Origin: a virus
Taxonomy: Duplodnaviria; Heunggongvirae; Uroviricota; Caudoviricetes
Virus record (IMG/VR): IMGVR_UViG_3300028534_000003
Coordinates: 1 to 33,089 of that record
Length of the DNA: 33,089 nucleotides
Reading direction: 5' to 3' (one strand)
The position numbers were made by a program, and so were the translations under genes. Below, in pieces: positions 15,317 through 24,743 of this stretch (the stretch's first letter is position 1; each line of letters begins with the position of its first letter). Under the pieces are notes generated by a model, which was given only the letters and a program-made list of their open reading frames with translations, did not search any database and had not been told where the DNA came from.

Positions 15317-15514
15317 ATGAAGTTCAAAATAATTGAAACAACAGGAGACTTCTACGAGTCAGAGGTAGTTACAACTGATGGTGGTATGGAAGTTGGTGAC
15401 AAACTACACTATAAAGATGTAGTATATACTATAAGTGATATAGTATGGGTTAGCCCAACTGTTGTAAAAGTTGCATGTAGTAACTTCATAGCTGTACTAA
15501 AATTAATAGGGTAA
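15317..15514 (+). CDS. Hypothetical protein
   Basis: 65 aa, SD AAGGA, tightly packed in the operon. Confidence 0.6.
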   Translation: MKFKIIETTGDFYESEVVTTDGGMEVGDKLHYKDVVYTISDIVWVSPTVVKVACSNFIAVLKLIG

Positions 15515-15517
15515 TAT

Positions 15518-18052
15518 ATGAGTATTACATTCAATGAAACAATTACAAATATGCGGCAAATAGAGCGATATATTGCTGCTGATGACATATATAATTATGT
15601 TGGATATTACAGTACAGATTTTGACTTAATACCTACAGACGCTGCTGTAGGTGATGCCATACTGTTCCAGTTGTACAATAGTTATGGTGGTAAGGGTAAT
15701 ACATTACTACTAGAAATGAGTGAAGTAATGGAGTACACTACATTAGAAGGTATATGGGAATACTACAGCTGTACAAGTGGTACATATGATAATGCGATAG
15801 ATACTAACTGGAAGCCATTACAAGGTGTAAAGGATAGCTCAAATGGATTTACAGTAGTAGGTGATGATGGATATGCTAGAGTATCATGGGACATGCCTAC
15901 TGACTGGGATAATTACTGTAACCCAAAAGGTCAGGTTGCTTGGTACTGTTTCAACATAAGATTCAGAATAACTGCTGTTGATGGCATCACTAATACTGGT
16001 AGAGTATTAAATGTAAGAAATCTACCATATACAATAAGTGTAGTTGGCCAAGATGTTACATTCGAAGATATATACCAAGCAAATATAGATGGTGGCTGGG
16101 GAGTAGTAACTAGACAGGGTGAATCAGACTACACGTTTAACTGTGGACTACAGTTAGATAGTTCATCATCGCTTATAGGTAAGAATTGTACTGTAACGTT
16201 TGTAGATAATTACATAATATATAATGCAGGTAAAGCACTATTTGGTGAGTTAAATAGCCAATTGGCTCCAGAGAATGGTATAACTATACGGTTTGAGGGA
16301 GCAAATGCTGACCACTCACAATGTTACTTAGGTAAATATGACTCACAGTTTATTGATACTGTAGTTAGGTTTCCAGAAACAGCTAGAAGCCATAGGATGC
16401 ATGGGTTCTGGGGAGGTGGTATAGGTTCATATGATAATCAATTAATAGCTGGATGCAATTTATATAACTTCAGAAACTATACGTTTACTAACTCAAGCGT
16501 TGTCGTTAGTGGGTTATCATATTATAATGCACACACTGAGCCAAATGGAGCTATAATTGATACAGTTAAATGTATTAACAGTAGTTATGGTATAAGACCA
16601 AATGTAAATTCAAATAGTTTTTTATCTCATAGAATGGATATGTCAGCGGTTACATCAGCCAATACAAACCCATGGAGAGTGAGTGCAGTTGAAGATTGGT
16701 TTATAGGTATAGTTGACTCAATATACAATGAGTCTCTGCCAATAGCAAAGTACTACCAGTACATAACAGATGATAATCAGTACGTTAACAACTATAAGGT
16801 AATAGACTATAAAAGCTATCAAGTATACTTATATGATAGTAGCTTGAATAGGATCAATGACGCTACAGTACAGTGTTTCAATAACTCCGGAGAGATAGTT
16901 ATAAATGGCACAACTAACGCTGATGGATATGTATGTGAAAATTACGGTGAGGTAACAAATACAGATAATAAGGTTATTGAATACAGTGGCTACATAGACG
17001 CTAGTAACGATATAAAAAGATATTATGAAGTATTGATAACATCTGGTGAGTCAAATGGTAGCAAAAGAATAATAGCAAGTTCGGCTGCTAGTAGTATTAC
17101 ATTAGCTACACAAGTTGATGGATTTACTGCTGGTGATAGATTTATTGAAATACCATACATAGCGTACAGATGGCAAAGACCAGCTGAAGACCAAGTTGAA
17201 GGGTATGATTACTCACCAATTGAGTACCAAGGGCCTTTTAAGTTGGTGTTTAGGAAATATGGTTACGTGTTTGTGGATGTTGAGGAGACTATGGAATCAC
17301 CAGTTAATAACTCAGTAGGTACAATAGTAAATAACTATACACTGCTGAGTGAAGCTGAAGCTAGTGTAATTAGTGGCATTACAGTAGACACTATTAATAA
17401 TGAGATAGTACTAACTAATAGTAATGCAATAAACGATATATACTGCTACATTCAGTACTGGTGTAGTCAAGCTGATAATATGCAATATCCAGAGATTATG
17501 TCCACAACAAATGGGATAACTTATAAAATAGCTGATGGATGGACATTAGTACTAGATAGTACAATCATTGGTAGTAGTGATATACAAGGTGAAGTTAAAA
17601 TAAAGACAACTGATGATATAATTGGGCTACATGTTATAGGTAATATATCATATGATGTTACTAGTGATACTGTATATATGGTAGATTCAGTTGTAGATGG
17701 TACAGTTAGTAATAATACAACCAACGAACTATTTGTAGGGTTAAAAGGGACATCATTAGCTAGTGCTAGTGGTGACTACATCACAGTAAGCAAAGTTGTA
17801 AATTTCAAATTAAATGGATTAGCTGCTGGGACTGAAGTTAGAGTGTACGATACTAACAATGTGGAGTTATTTGGTATTGAGACAGTAGATGATGTATATG
17901 TTAACGACTATAATTATAGCACTGACATCAATGCAACTATAGTTATATATAATGTAAAGTATAAACCTGTTAGACTACCAGTTATACTATCAGACAAGGA
18001 TATAAGCATAGATGTACAACAACAGCCAGATAGATGGTATATAAATGATTAG
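15518..18052 (+). CDS. Large tail/adhesin-like protein
   Basis: 844 aa rich in Y/N/D/T/S; possible beta-helix middle and Ig-like C-terminus LNGLAAGTEVRVY. Function inferred from context. Confidence 0.5.
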   Translation: MSITFNETITNMRQIERYIAADDIYNYVGYYSTDFDLIPTDAAVGDAILFQLYNSYGGKGNTLLLEMSEVMEYTTLEGIWEYYSCTSGTYDNAIDTNWKPLQGVKDSSNGFTVVGDDGYARVSWDMPTDWDNYCNPKGQVAWYCFNIRFRITAVDGITNTGRVLNVRNLPYTISVVGQDVTFEDIYQANIDGGWGVVTRQGESDYTFNCGLQLDSSSSLIGKNCTVTFVDNYIIYNAGKALFGELNSQLAPENGITIRFEGANADHSQCYLGKYDSQFIDTVVRFPETARSHRMHGFWGGGIGSYDNQLIAGCNLYNFRNYTFTNSSVVVSGLSYYNAHTEPNGAIIDTVKCINSSYGIRPNVNSNSFLSHRMDMSAVTSANTNPWRVSAVEDWFIGIVDSIYNESLPIAKYYQYITDDNQYVNNYKVIDYKSYQVYLYDSSLNRINDATVQCFNNSGEIVINGTTNADGYVCENYGEVTNTDNKVIEYSGYIDASNDIKRYYEVLITSGESNGSKRIIASSAASSITLATQVDGFTAGDRFIEIPYIAYRWQRPAEDQVEGYDYSPIEYQGPFKLVFRKYGYVFVDVEETMESPVNNSVGTIVNNYTLLSEAEASVISGITVDTINNEIVLTNSNAINDIYCYIQYWCSQADNMQYPEIMSTTNGITYKIADGWTLVLDSTIIGSSDIQGEVKIKTTDDIIGLHVIGNISYDVTSDTVYMVDSVVDGTVSNNTTNELFVGLKGTSLASASGDYITVSKVVNFKLNGLAAGTEVRVYDTNNVELFGIETVDDVYVNDYNYSTDINATIVIYNVKYKPVRLPVILSDKDISIDVQQQPDRWYIND

Positions 18053-18060
18053 GAGATAGT

Positions 18061-18831
18061 ATGGATGTTATGTTTGATGGTGCTAACAAATTAATACTAC
18101 CACAAGAGCCAACAGGTGTACTAAGTGTTAAAGCTATGTACTCAAGTTGGAAAGAGTGGGTACTAGATAATATGGAATACGAACAGGCATTCATAACTGT
18201 TGGTGGTGATCCTATTACAGCTGAAAATAATATACCAACATACTATTACTTAATTAATGACTGGCGTATTAAATGGCCAAGCAATAGTAATATAGCTGTA
18301 GAAGTACATGGTAACATATTAGTGTACGGTGGACTGGATACACCATATCTACCTGTTGATAGTGGTTATTCAAGTACTGTTACATCTGTTGTAGCCACTA
18401 ATGACAAATTAACTGAGGAAGAACTACACAGTATGCTAGATAACTATATAAATAAAGATATGTGGAAAGCTAACGTAGAAGATGGTGTTGCAGCTATTGA
18501 TGGTAAAGTTAATGGGTTAGTTACAGCTACAGATGTAATAGATAGTAAAGTTACGCAACTACGTAATTATGATGACACAATTATCAACAGCAAACTAGAT
18601 GCAATAACTAGTGATATATCAATTAATAAAACTGATGTAATTAATGATATAAACGGTGCTATAGATAAAATAAACAATGTATTAAGTTACATGCCTGCGC
18701 TTGATGTAACTAATAGTGGTAGCATATACAGTAAGCTTGTTGGAATAGTAAATGACATACAAGAGGTAAGCACTGGAATAGATAACATAGCTGATGACGT
18801 ATACAATAAAACATTTGGGAGAGTAGTATGA
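18061..18831 (+). CDS. Virion structural protein with C-terminal coiled coil
   Basis: SD AGGAG; N-terminus MYSSWKEWV...LINDWRI parallels the 13732 protein. Confidence 0.5.
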   Translation: MDVMFDGANKLILPQEPTGVLSVKAMYSSWKEWVLDNMEYEQAFITVGGDPITAENNIPTYYYLINDWRIKWPSNSNIAVEVHGNILVYGGLDTPYLPVDSGYSSTVTSVVATNDKLTEEELHSMLDNYINKDMWKANVEDGVAAIDGKVNGLVTATDVIDSKVTQLRNYDDTIINSKLDAITSDISINKTDVINDINGAIDKINNVLSYMPALDVTNSGSIYSKLVGIVNDIQEVSTGIDNIADDVYNKTFGRVV

Positions 18832-19085
18832 CACTAGAAGATATGATACTAGGTAGAAGTGCACTACCAAAGAATGGTAAGCACACTATTACTGAGCACC
18901 TACTTAGTAACAAAATGAACATTAGTGGTGAGAGTGTTGAGATGTTAGTATATAGTGTAAGTGATGCTATCCACACTAATAGTATTGCTGATGACATTAT
19001 CTACGATAGCATTACAGATAACTTAATAATTAATGATACAACAGATAATATAGAAATAAAGGAAAATTATGAACAATACAATTAA
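18828..19085 (+). CDS. Hypothetical protein
   Basis: 85 aa with overlaps at both ends. Confidence 0.55.
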   Translation: MTLEDMILGRSALPKNGKHTITEHLLSNKMNISGESVEMLVYSVSDAIHTNSIADDIIYDSITDNLIINDTTDNIEIKENYEQYN

Positions 19086-19404
19086 AGTTAAGTCAGGCGA
19101 GAGCACAAACATACAACAGATTACTCACAAGATTAATGGCGAGGCTGTTACAGATTATAGTAAATACACATTAAATATAGATGTAATTAAGTCAGGAACT
19201 AAAGAGTCTACAGGGTTAGTTAGAAGCATAGCTGGTACTGCCAGTGGGTTTGAGTTTGGCTTACTTCCTGGTGATACTAGGCAATTAGGGCCAGGTAATT
19301 ATGTAATAGTTGCTGATTTCACTAAAGTCGATGACAGTGGTGTAGAAGTATTCAATAAAGAGTTAACTTGGAAACTAGAGATAGTACCTGGATTACGCGA
19401 CTAA
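19069..19404 (+). CDS. Small beta-sandwich (BppU-N-like) structural protein
   Basis: 111 aa, SD AAGGA; LLPGDTRQLGPGNYVIVADF pattern. Confidence 0.45.
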   Translation: MNNTIKVKSGESTNIQQITHKINGEAVTDYSKYTLNIDVIKSGTKESTGLVRSIAGTASGFEFGLLPGDTRQLGPGNYVIVADFTKVDDSGVEVFNKELTWKLEIVPGLRD

Positions 19405-19433
19405 GCATAGATTAATAAGATTGAGTGTACAAT
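19401..19433 (+). promoter_or_regulatory. Promoter for the portal gene
   Basis: CTAAG-cataga-TTAAT-aagattgagtg-TACAAT. Confidence 0.6.
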
Positions 19434-19458
19434 TGGTTAATTAATAATAGGATATTAA

Positions 19459-22400
19459 ATGAATAAGAAGAAAATACTACAAGCATTAAAAGCAGACTTT
19501 AAGGCAGCTGAAACATATCATGACGATATACAAGGTAAGATTGATACATGGATAGACTGGCACGATGGTAAGCCATATGGTAATGAACGTAAAGGTAAAT
19601 CAGCCATTGTTACTCGTGACATCAAGAAACAATCAGAGTGGCAACATGCTAGTATAATTGATCCATTCGTATCAGATAGTAAAATAATTAAATGTATTCC
19701 TATTACAGCTGAAGATGTACAGAGTGCCAAGCAAAATGAGTTAGTGCTTAATACACAGTTCTGTAGACAGTTCAACAGATTTAGTTTCATGACAAAAGCA
19801 GTTAAAGTGCTTGATAGAGAAGGTACTGTAGTTATACAGACTGGATGGGATTATAAAGACACTGAGGTTGAAGTTGAAGTGCCAGTTATTGAAGTTGATC
19901 CAATGACAGGCCAAGAGGTGATAGTTGGCTATGAGATAGAGATGCAGACTAAAGTGCTGGTTAATAAACCAACTGCTACTGTATGTAGAAATGAGGATAT
20001 ATACATAGACCCAACATGCCAAGATGATATGGATAACTGTCAGTTTGTAATATACAGATACGAGTCAGACTTGAGTACACTACGACAAGATGGCAGATAC
20101 AAGAACTTAGACAAAATTGTACCAAGTAAGTATGACGATAGTGACTACGAAGATGAGGATGATTCAGAATTCGAGTTCGAGGATGACCCAAGAAAGAAAA
20201 TAGTAGTGTATGAGTACTGGGGTAATTATGACATGAATGATGATGGTATAGCTGAACCAATAGTATGTACATGGGTAGATGATACAATAATAAGATTACA
20301 AAGCAATCCATACCCAGATAATAAACCACCATTCATAATAGTACCGTTTAATAGTGTACCATTCCAAATGCATGGTGAAGCCAATGCTGAATTAATTGGT
20401 GATAATCAAAAGATAAAGACTGCAATTACAAGAGGTATAATAGATAATATGGCTCAAAGTAATAATGGGCAGAAGGGGATTAGAAAAGGTGCACTAGATG
20501 TACAGAATAGAAAGAGATTCCTCAATGGAGATAACTTCGAGTTCAATGGTACACCAAATGACTTCTGGGATGGCAGTTACAATCAGATACCAGGTAGTGC
20601 ATTCAATATGTTAGACTTAATGAATAATGAGATAGAGAGTATTACAGGAACTAAAAGCTTCAGTGGCGGGATTAGTGGTAATTCACTAGGGCACATGCTA
20701 GATATAAACACTGATATACCGCTAATTGATGGCACATTCAAAAAATTAGTTGATATACAGGATGGCGATAAGTTAATTGGATCAGACGGTAAAGCAACTA
20801 CTGTAGTTAAAGCCCACTCTATTAAACTACCAGAGATAGCTTATGATATGGAATTTGATAATGGCTCTACAGTTAAATCTGGAGGTGAACATCTATGGAC
20901 TGTTAAAGTACATGGGACAAGTCACAAATTAAGAGAATGGACTACTATGGATGCTGATGAAGTATATAGACACATGCAAAATGGTAGACGAGTTACTATT
21001 CCTAAAATGAAGGAAATACACACTGGTAATCCAACTAATAATAAGATAGACCCGTATGTACTCGGATACTGGCTAGGTGATGGAATGAGTCACAGTGCTA
21101 GGATAACTACAGAAGATAATGAAGTTATTGATAATTTTACTAATGCTGGGTATGTCTGTGTCGCTGTAAAAGACTCAAGCAAGACTGGTAATGCAACAAT
21201 GTACGACGTATACAAACCAAATAGAGTTAGAATAAGTGATAAAGGACCATCACAAGCAACTGATTCATTACATAGTGAGTTAAGAGCACTTGGACTACAC
21301 GCTAGATATGGTGGCGAGAAACACATACCAGAAGAGTACTTCAATGCTACATATGAAGAAAAGATGGAATTAATACGAGGATTAATGGATAGTGATGGCT
21401 ATGCACATAGTGGTTCATTTGTACAATTCTGTCAATCAGAAGGTAGATTAAAAGATGATATGATAAGATTATTAAAAACATTAGGATTAAAAGTAAGTGT
21501 TCTTAGAAGAGATATGGATGAAAGAAATGCACAGAAAATAAAGTTGTGCGAAAAAACAGGTGCTAAGGTGATATGGCAACGAAAAGACTCGTATGAGATA
21601 GGATTTACACCGTGGAGTAATCCATTTAAGCTAAGTAGAAAAGCTAGTAAATGGAAACAACCCAGAAAAGAAACTGTTACACTAAAGTCAATGACTATAG
21701 TTGATAAAGTTCACATGAGATGTCTTACAGTTGATAGTAAAGATAAATTATTTGCTGTTACGGATAAATATACCCTAACACATAATACAGCAACAGGTGC
21801 TAGAGGTGCATTAGATGCAACTAGTACTAGAAGATTGAATGTTGTACGTAATATCGCAGAGAACATGATAAAACCACTGATGAGAAAGTGGTTAGCGTAC
21901 AATGCAGAGTTCCTAAGTGAGACTGAAGTAGTTAGAATTACAAATGAAGAGTTCGTTGATATCAGACGAGATGACTTAGCAGGTAAATTAGACCTAGATA
22001 TTGAAGTAAGTACAGCTGAGGATAATGCAGCTAAGGTACAAGAGTTAAGTTTCCTATTACAGACACTAGGGCCAAGTGAAGATCCAGCTGTCAGACGTGG
22101 GTTAATGGCTGATATATACGAACTAATGAGAATGCCTGATAAAGCTGATATGATTAGAAACTATCAACCACAACAAGACCCATTCCAAGAGCAAATGAAA
22201 CAAATTGAGTTGGCTAAGGCCCAAGCAGAGGTTGAAAAAATAAAAGCTGAGACTGTTGCTCTATATAGTAGTGCTCACGAGGATGACGCTGATAAAGCTG
22301 AGAAGATGGCACAAGCACAGTACAAGATGGCTCAAACTAAAAAGCTGTTGAGTGAGGCTGATATGATAGACTTGAAGTTCATCAAAGAAGATGAAGATGC

Positions 22401-22509
22401 TCAACACCAGAATGAAATGGAAAAGAAAGAGTTTGATAGGTTGGCTAACTTGGATCAGATGGCCTTCCAAGCTATGCACAATGATACTAATATAGGCGTA
22501 ATGAAATAA
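19459..22509 (+). CDS. Portal protein (N4-like) containing an intein; about 652 aa after splicing
   Basis: DIKKQSEWQHASIIDPF, YEYWGNYD.N.DGIAEPIV..WV, PFQMHGEA and TATGARGALDA..RR..VRNIAE are N4-like portal motifs. Confidence 0.9.
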   Translation: MNKKKILQALKADFKAAETYHDDIQGKIDTWIDWHDGKPYGNERKGKSAIVTRDIKKQSEWQHASIIDPFVSDSKIIKCIPITAEDVQSAKQNELVLNTQFCRQFNRFSFMTKAVKVLDREGTVVIQTGWDYKDTEVEVEVPVIEVDPMTGQEVIVGYEIEMQTKVLVNKPTATVCRNEDIYIDPTCQDDMDNCQFVIYRYESDLSTLRQDGRYKNLDKIVPSKYDDSDYEDEDDSEFEFEDDPRKKIVVYEYWGNYDMNDDGIAEPIVCTWVDDTIIRLQSNPYPDNKPPFIIVPFNSVPFQMHGEANAELIGDNQKIKTAITRGIIDNMAQSNNGQKGIRKGALDVQNRKRFLNGDNFEFNGTPNDFWDGSYNQIPGSAFNMLDLMNNEIESITGTKSFSGGISGNSLGHMLDINTDIPLIDGTFKKLVDIQDGDKLIGSDGKATTVVKAHSIKLPEIAYDMEFDNGSTVKSGGEHLWTVKVHGTSHKLREWTTMDADEVYRHMQNGRRVTIPKMKEIHTGNPTNNKIDPYVLGYWLGDGMSHSARITTEDNEVIDNFTNAGYVCVAVKDSSKTGNATMYDVYKPNRVRISDKGPSQATDSLHSELRALGLHARYGGEKHIPEEYFNATYEEKMELIRGLMDSDGYAHSGSFVQFCQSEGRLKDDMIRLLKTLGLKVSVLRRDMDERNAQKIKLCEKTGAKVIWQRKDSYEIGFTPWSNPFKLSRKASKWKQPRKETVTLKSMTIVDKVHMRCLTVDSKDKLFAVTDKYTLTHNTATGARGALDATSTRRLNVVRNIAENMIKPLMRKWLAYNAEFLSETEVVRITNEEFVDIRRDDLAGKLDLDIEVSTAEDNAAKVQELSFLLQTLGPSEDPAVRRGLMADIYELMRMPDKADMIRNYQPQQDPFQEQMKQIELAKAQAEVEKIKAETVALYSSAHEDDADKAEKMAQAQYKMAQTKKLLSEADMIDLKFIKEDEDAQHQNEMEKKEFDRLANLDQMAFQAMHNDTNIGVMK
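20695..21786 (+). mobile_element. Class 3 intein (364 aa) with LAGLIDADG homing endonuclease
   Basis: Block A MLDINTDIP, block B GGEHLWT, LAGLIDADG motifs PYVLGYWLGDG and LIRGLMDSDG, block F MRCLTV, block G LTHN followed by Thr+1. Removal restores GISGNSLGH-TATGARG. Confidence 0.9.
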
Positions 22510-22518
22510 GGAGATAAT

Positions 22519-22914
22519 ATGGGTTGGTTAGATAAAGTTGCAACTAAAGAAGCAGATAAGAAGAGAGCAGCAGAGGCTGCACACCAGAGTGAACTAGTTA
22601 GGATGGCATTGGCTGATAGATCAGCTAGAGCTAATGAAGCATTAAGTGTTATGCATGATGATATGGCACCAAGTTATGCTAGAAATGGTGCTGCTGATAT
22701 GCTATACGAGAATAGTATTAAAACACCAGGAATAGTAAATGTTAACAATGGTGGAGTTAAAGTTAGTGATGGACTAGCTAGTTATTTACTAGAATTGGAT
22801 AGAGCTAATGTAAATGGTGCCGGGTATAATCAAGGCTCACTACAATACCAAATTGAAAGAAATCCCGCTGTAGAAGCACAATGGGGTGATAAAACACTGG
22901 CATATAAGCAATAA
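22519..22914 (+). CDS. Hypothetical protein
   Basis: 131 aa, SD AAGGAG, follows the portal. Confidence 0.65.
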   Translation: MGWLDKVATKEADKKRAAEAAHQSELVRMALADRSARANEALSVMHDDMAPSYARNGAADMLYENSIKTPGIVNVNNGGVKVSDGLASYLLELDRANVNGAGYNQGSLQYQIERNPAVEAQWGDKTLAYKQ

Positions 22915-22936
22915 TTAAGCCAGTGTAGAGTACAAT
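22904..22936 (+). promoter_or_regulatory. Promoter for the head genes
   Basis: ATAAG-caataa-TTAAG-ccagtgtagag-TACAAT. Confidence 0.65.
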
Positions 22937-22956
22937 ACAATAAATAAGGAAATTAC

Positions 22957-23157
22957 ATGGAAAATAACAGTGGACTAGCAATGGGTGGTAATAGAGAATT
23001 GATTGAGCAAGTTAAAACTGCACTACAACAAGGAACTACTCCAGAGCAATTGATACAGGAAGGTATTCCAGAAACAATAATCAAGATGGCTATACAAGAG
23101 TTGCAACAAATGATGATGCAACAACAAGGCCAACAACAAATGCCAATGGCTATGTAG
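22957..23157 (+). CDS. Small Gln/Met-rich protein
   Basis: 66 aa, SD AAGGA; C-terminus QQMMMQQQGQQQMPMAM. Confidence 0.6.
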   Translation: MENNSGLAMGGNRELIEQVKTALQQGTTPEQLIQEGIPETIIKMAIQELQQMMMQQQGQQQMPMAM

Positions 23158-23215
23158 TACATGTCCAACAACTGAAGACAAAAAAGCTGAATCAAATAAT
23201 CTTAAAGGAGTCAAG

Positions 23216-23539
23216 ATGACTAACCAAAACGAAGAAATTGAATTGGAAACAATTGAGAGAAACTACTGGGTTGAACAAGCTCAAGCATTGGAAAGACTAG
23301 AGAGAAATGAAGATTTCAAGACAGTTATATTAGAAGGGTATTTCAAAGACACAGCACTAAATCAAGTTAGCTTATTAGCTAATGATCAGATTAAGAGAGC
23401 TGGAAATAGAACTGACTTGATGGAATTATTAGTAGCAATTAGTACACTACAAGATCACTTCATGACAATCAAGAATTTAGGTGCACTAGCAGAAGACGAC
23501 TTAGAACAAGAGATCGAAGACGAAATTAATGAAGGATAA
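23216..23539 (+). CDS. Conserved head-module protein (N4 gp58-like position)
   Basis: 107 aa; ALERLERNEDFKTVILEGYF; SD AAGGAG. Confidence 0.6.
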   Translation: MTNQNEEIELETIERNYWVEQAQALERLERNEDFKTVILEGYFKDTALNQVSLLANDQIKRAGNRTDLMELLVAISTLQDHFMTIKNLGALAEDDLEQEIEDEINEG

Positions 23540-23541
23540 CT

Positions 23542-24714
23542 ATGAGTGAAATTATAGAAGAAACTGAAATTGATGAAAGTCTATACGAGATGAGTGATGA
23601 GGAATTACAAGCTGCTGTTAGGGAAGCCAAACAACAAGAGGTAGAACCAGATGTTGAACAAGTTACTCCAGAGGTAGTAGAAGATGAAGAAGTAGAGTTA
23701 GATGACAATACTGACATTGACGAAGAAGTAGAACTAGATGATGGCGAAGAGGATGCAGAAGATGAAGATACGGAACAACCCGATGAGGATTCCGACAATG
23801 AAGCTGATGAAGAAGTAGAAGAGGAAGTTACTGATGAGCCCTCGGACGGAGAGCATGACGATGCTGAGGACGATAAGGCTACGGATGAAACTGAGAAAGA
23901 AGCTGAACCAGCTACGTATAAGATAAGAGCTAATGGGCAAGACTTCGAGTTCACTATTGATGAATTGAAGCAACTAGCACCACAAGCAATGGATTATACG
24001 AAGAAGATGCAAACTATCAAGCCATGGAGACAAACTATATCAGCTCTAGAAGAGAATGATATTAGTATGGAAGATGTTAATCTTATGATTGACGTGCTAA
24101 AAGGTGATAAGGATGCTATTGCATCGATTGTTAATCGAGCGGGTATAGACACACTAGAGTTAGACACTGAGAATGTCAAGTATGAGCCAAAAATGTATGG
24201 TAAGACTGAGACAGAGTTAGATATAAGAGAAGTTGAACAGAGAATAGCTCAAGATAAAGAGTACTCAATTACAACTCATGTATTTAATAATCAGTGGGAC
24301 GAACAGTCTAGAAGTGTAATGTACAAAAACCCTGCGATGATTGAAGGATTACACAATGACATCAAAACAGGTGTGTTTGACAAAGTAAGTCCACAAGCAA
24401 TGAAGTTAAAAGCATTAGATGGTGGAAGAAAGTCAGATTTAGACTACTACATTGAAGCTGGTCAACAATTAGCTATGAGAGAACGACAAGTTGCTCAAGA
24501 GCAAGCTAAACCAGTTGAGGTTAAGCCTGATCCAGAAGTGGAGAAAGCTAAGAAGGTGGTAGAGGAGCAGAAGACAATTAAGAAAGCTGCTAAGAAACGA
24601 AAGGCCGCTGCACCAACTAAAAAGGCTGCAGGAAATAGAAAAGTTATCGACTACTTGGATGATTCAGATGAAGCATTCGAAGAGTGGTACAAGAAGTTAG
24701 AGGCTAGTATGTAG
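23542..24714 (+). CDS. Probable capsid scaffold (N4 gp57-like)
   Basis: Very acidic N-terminus, YKIRANGQDFEF, GMDYT-like AMDYTKKMQ and a basic C-terminus; directly upstream of the capsid gene. Confidence 0.7.
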   Translation: MSEIIEETEIDESLYEMSDEELQAAVREAKQQEVEPDVEQVTPEVVEDEEVELDDNTDIDEEVELDDGEEDAEDEDTEQPDEDSDNEADEEVEEEVTDEPSDGEHDDAEDDKATDETEKEAEPATYKIRANGQDFEFTIDELKQLAPQAMDYTKKMQTIKPWRQTISALEENDISMEDVNLMIDVLKGDKDAIASIVNRAGIDTLELDTENVKYEPKMYGKTETELDIREVEQRIAQDKEYSITTHVFNNQWDEQSRSVMYKNPAMIEGLHNDIKTGVFDKVSPQAMKLKALDGGRKSDLDYYIEAGQQLAMRERQVAQEQAKPVEVKPDPEVEKAKKVVEEQKTIKKAAKKRKAAAPTKKAAGNRKVIDYLDDSDEAFEEWYKKLEASM

Positions 24715-24743
24715 CCTCTAATAAGCTACAATAAAGGATTAAT

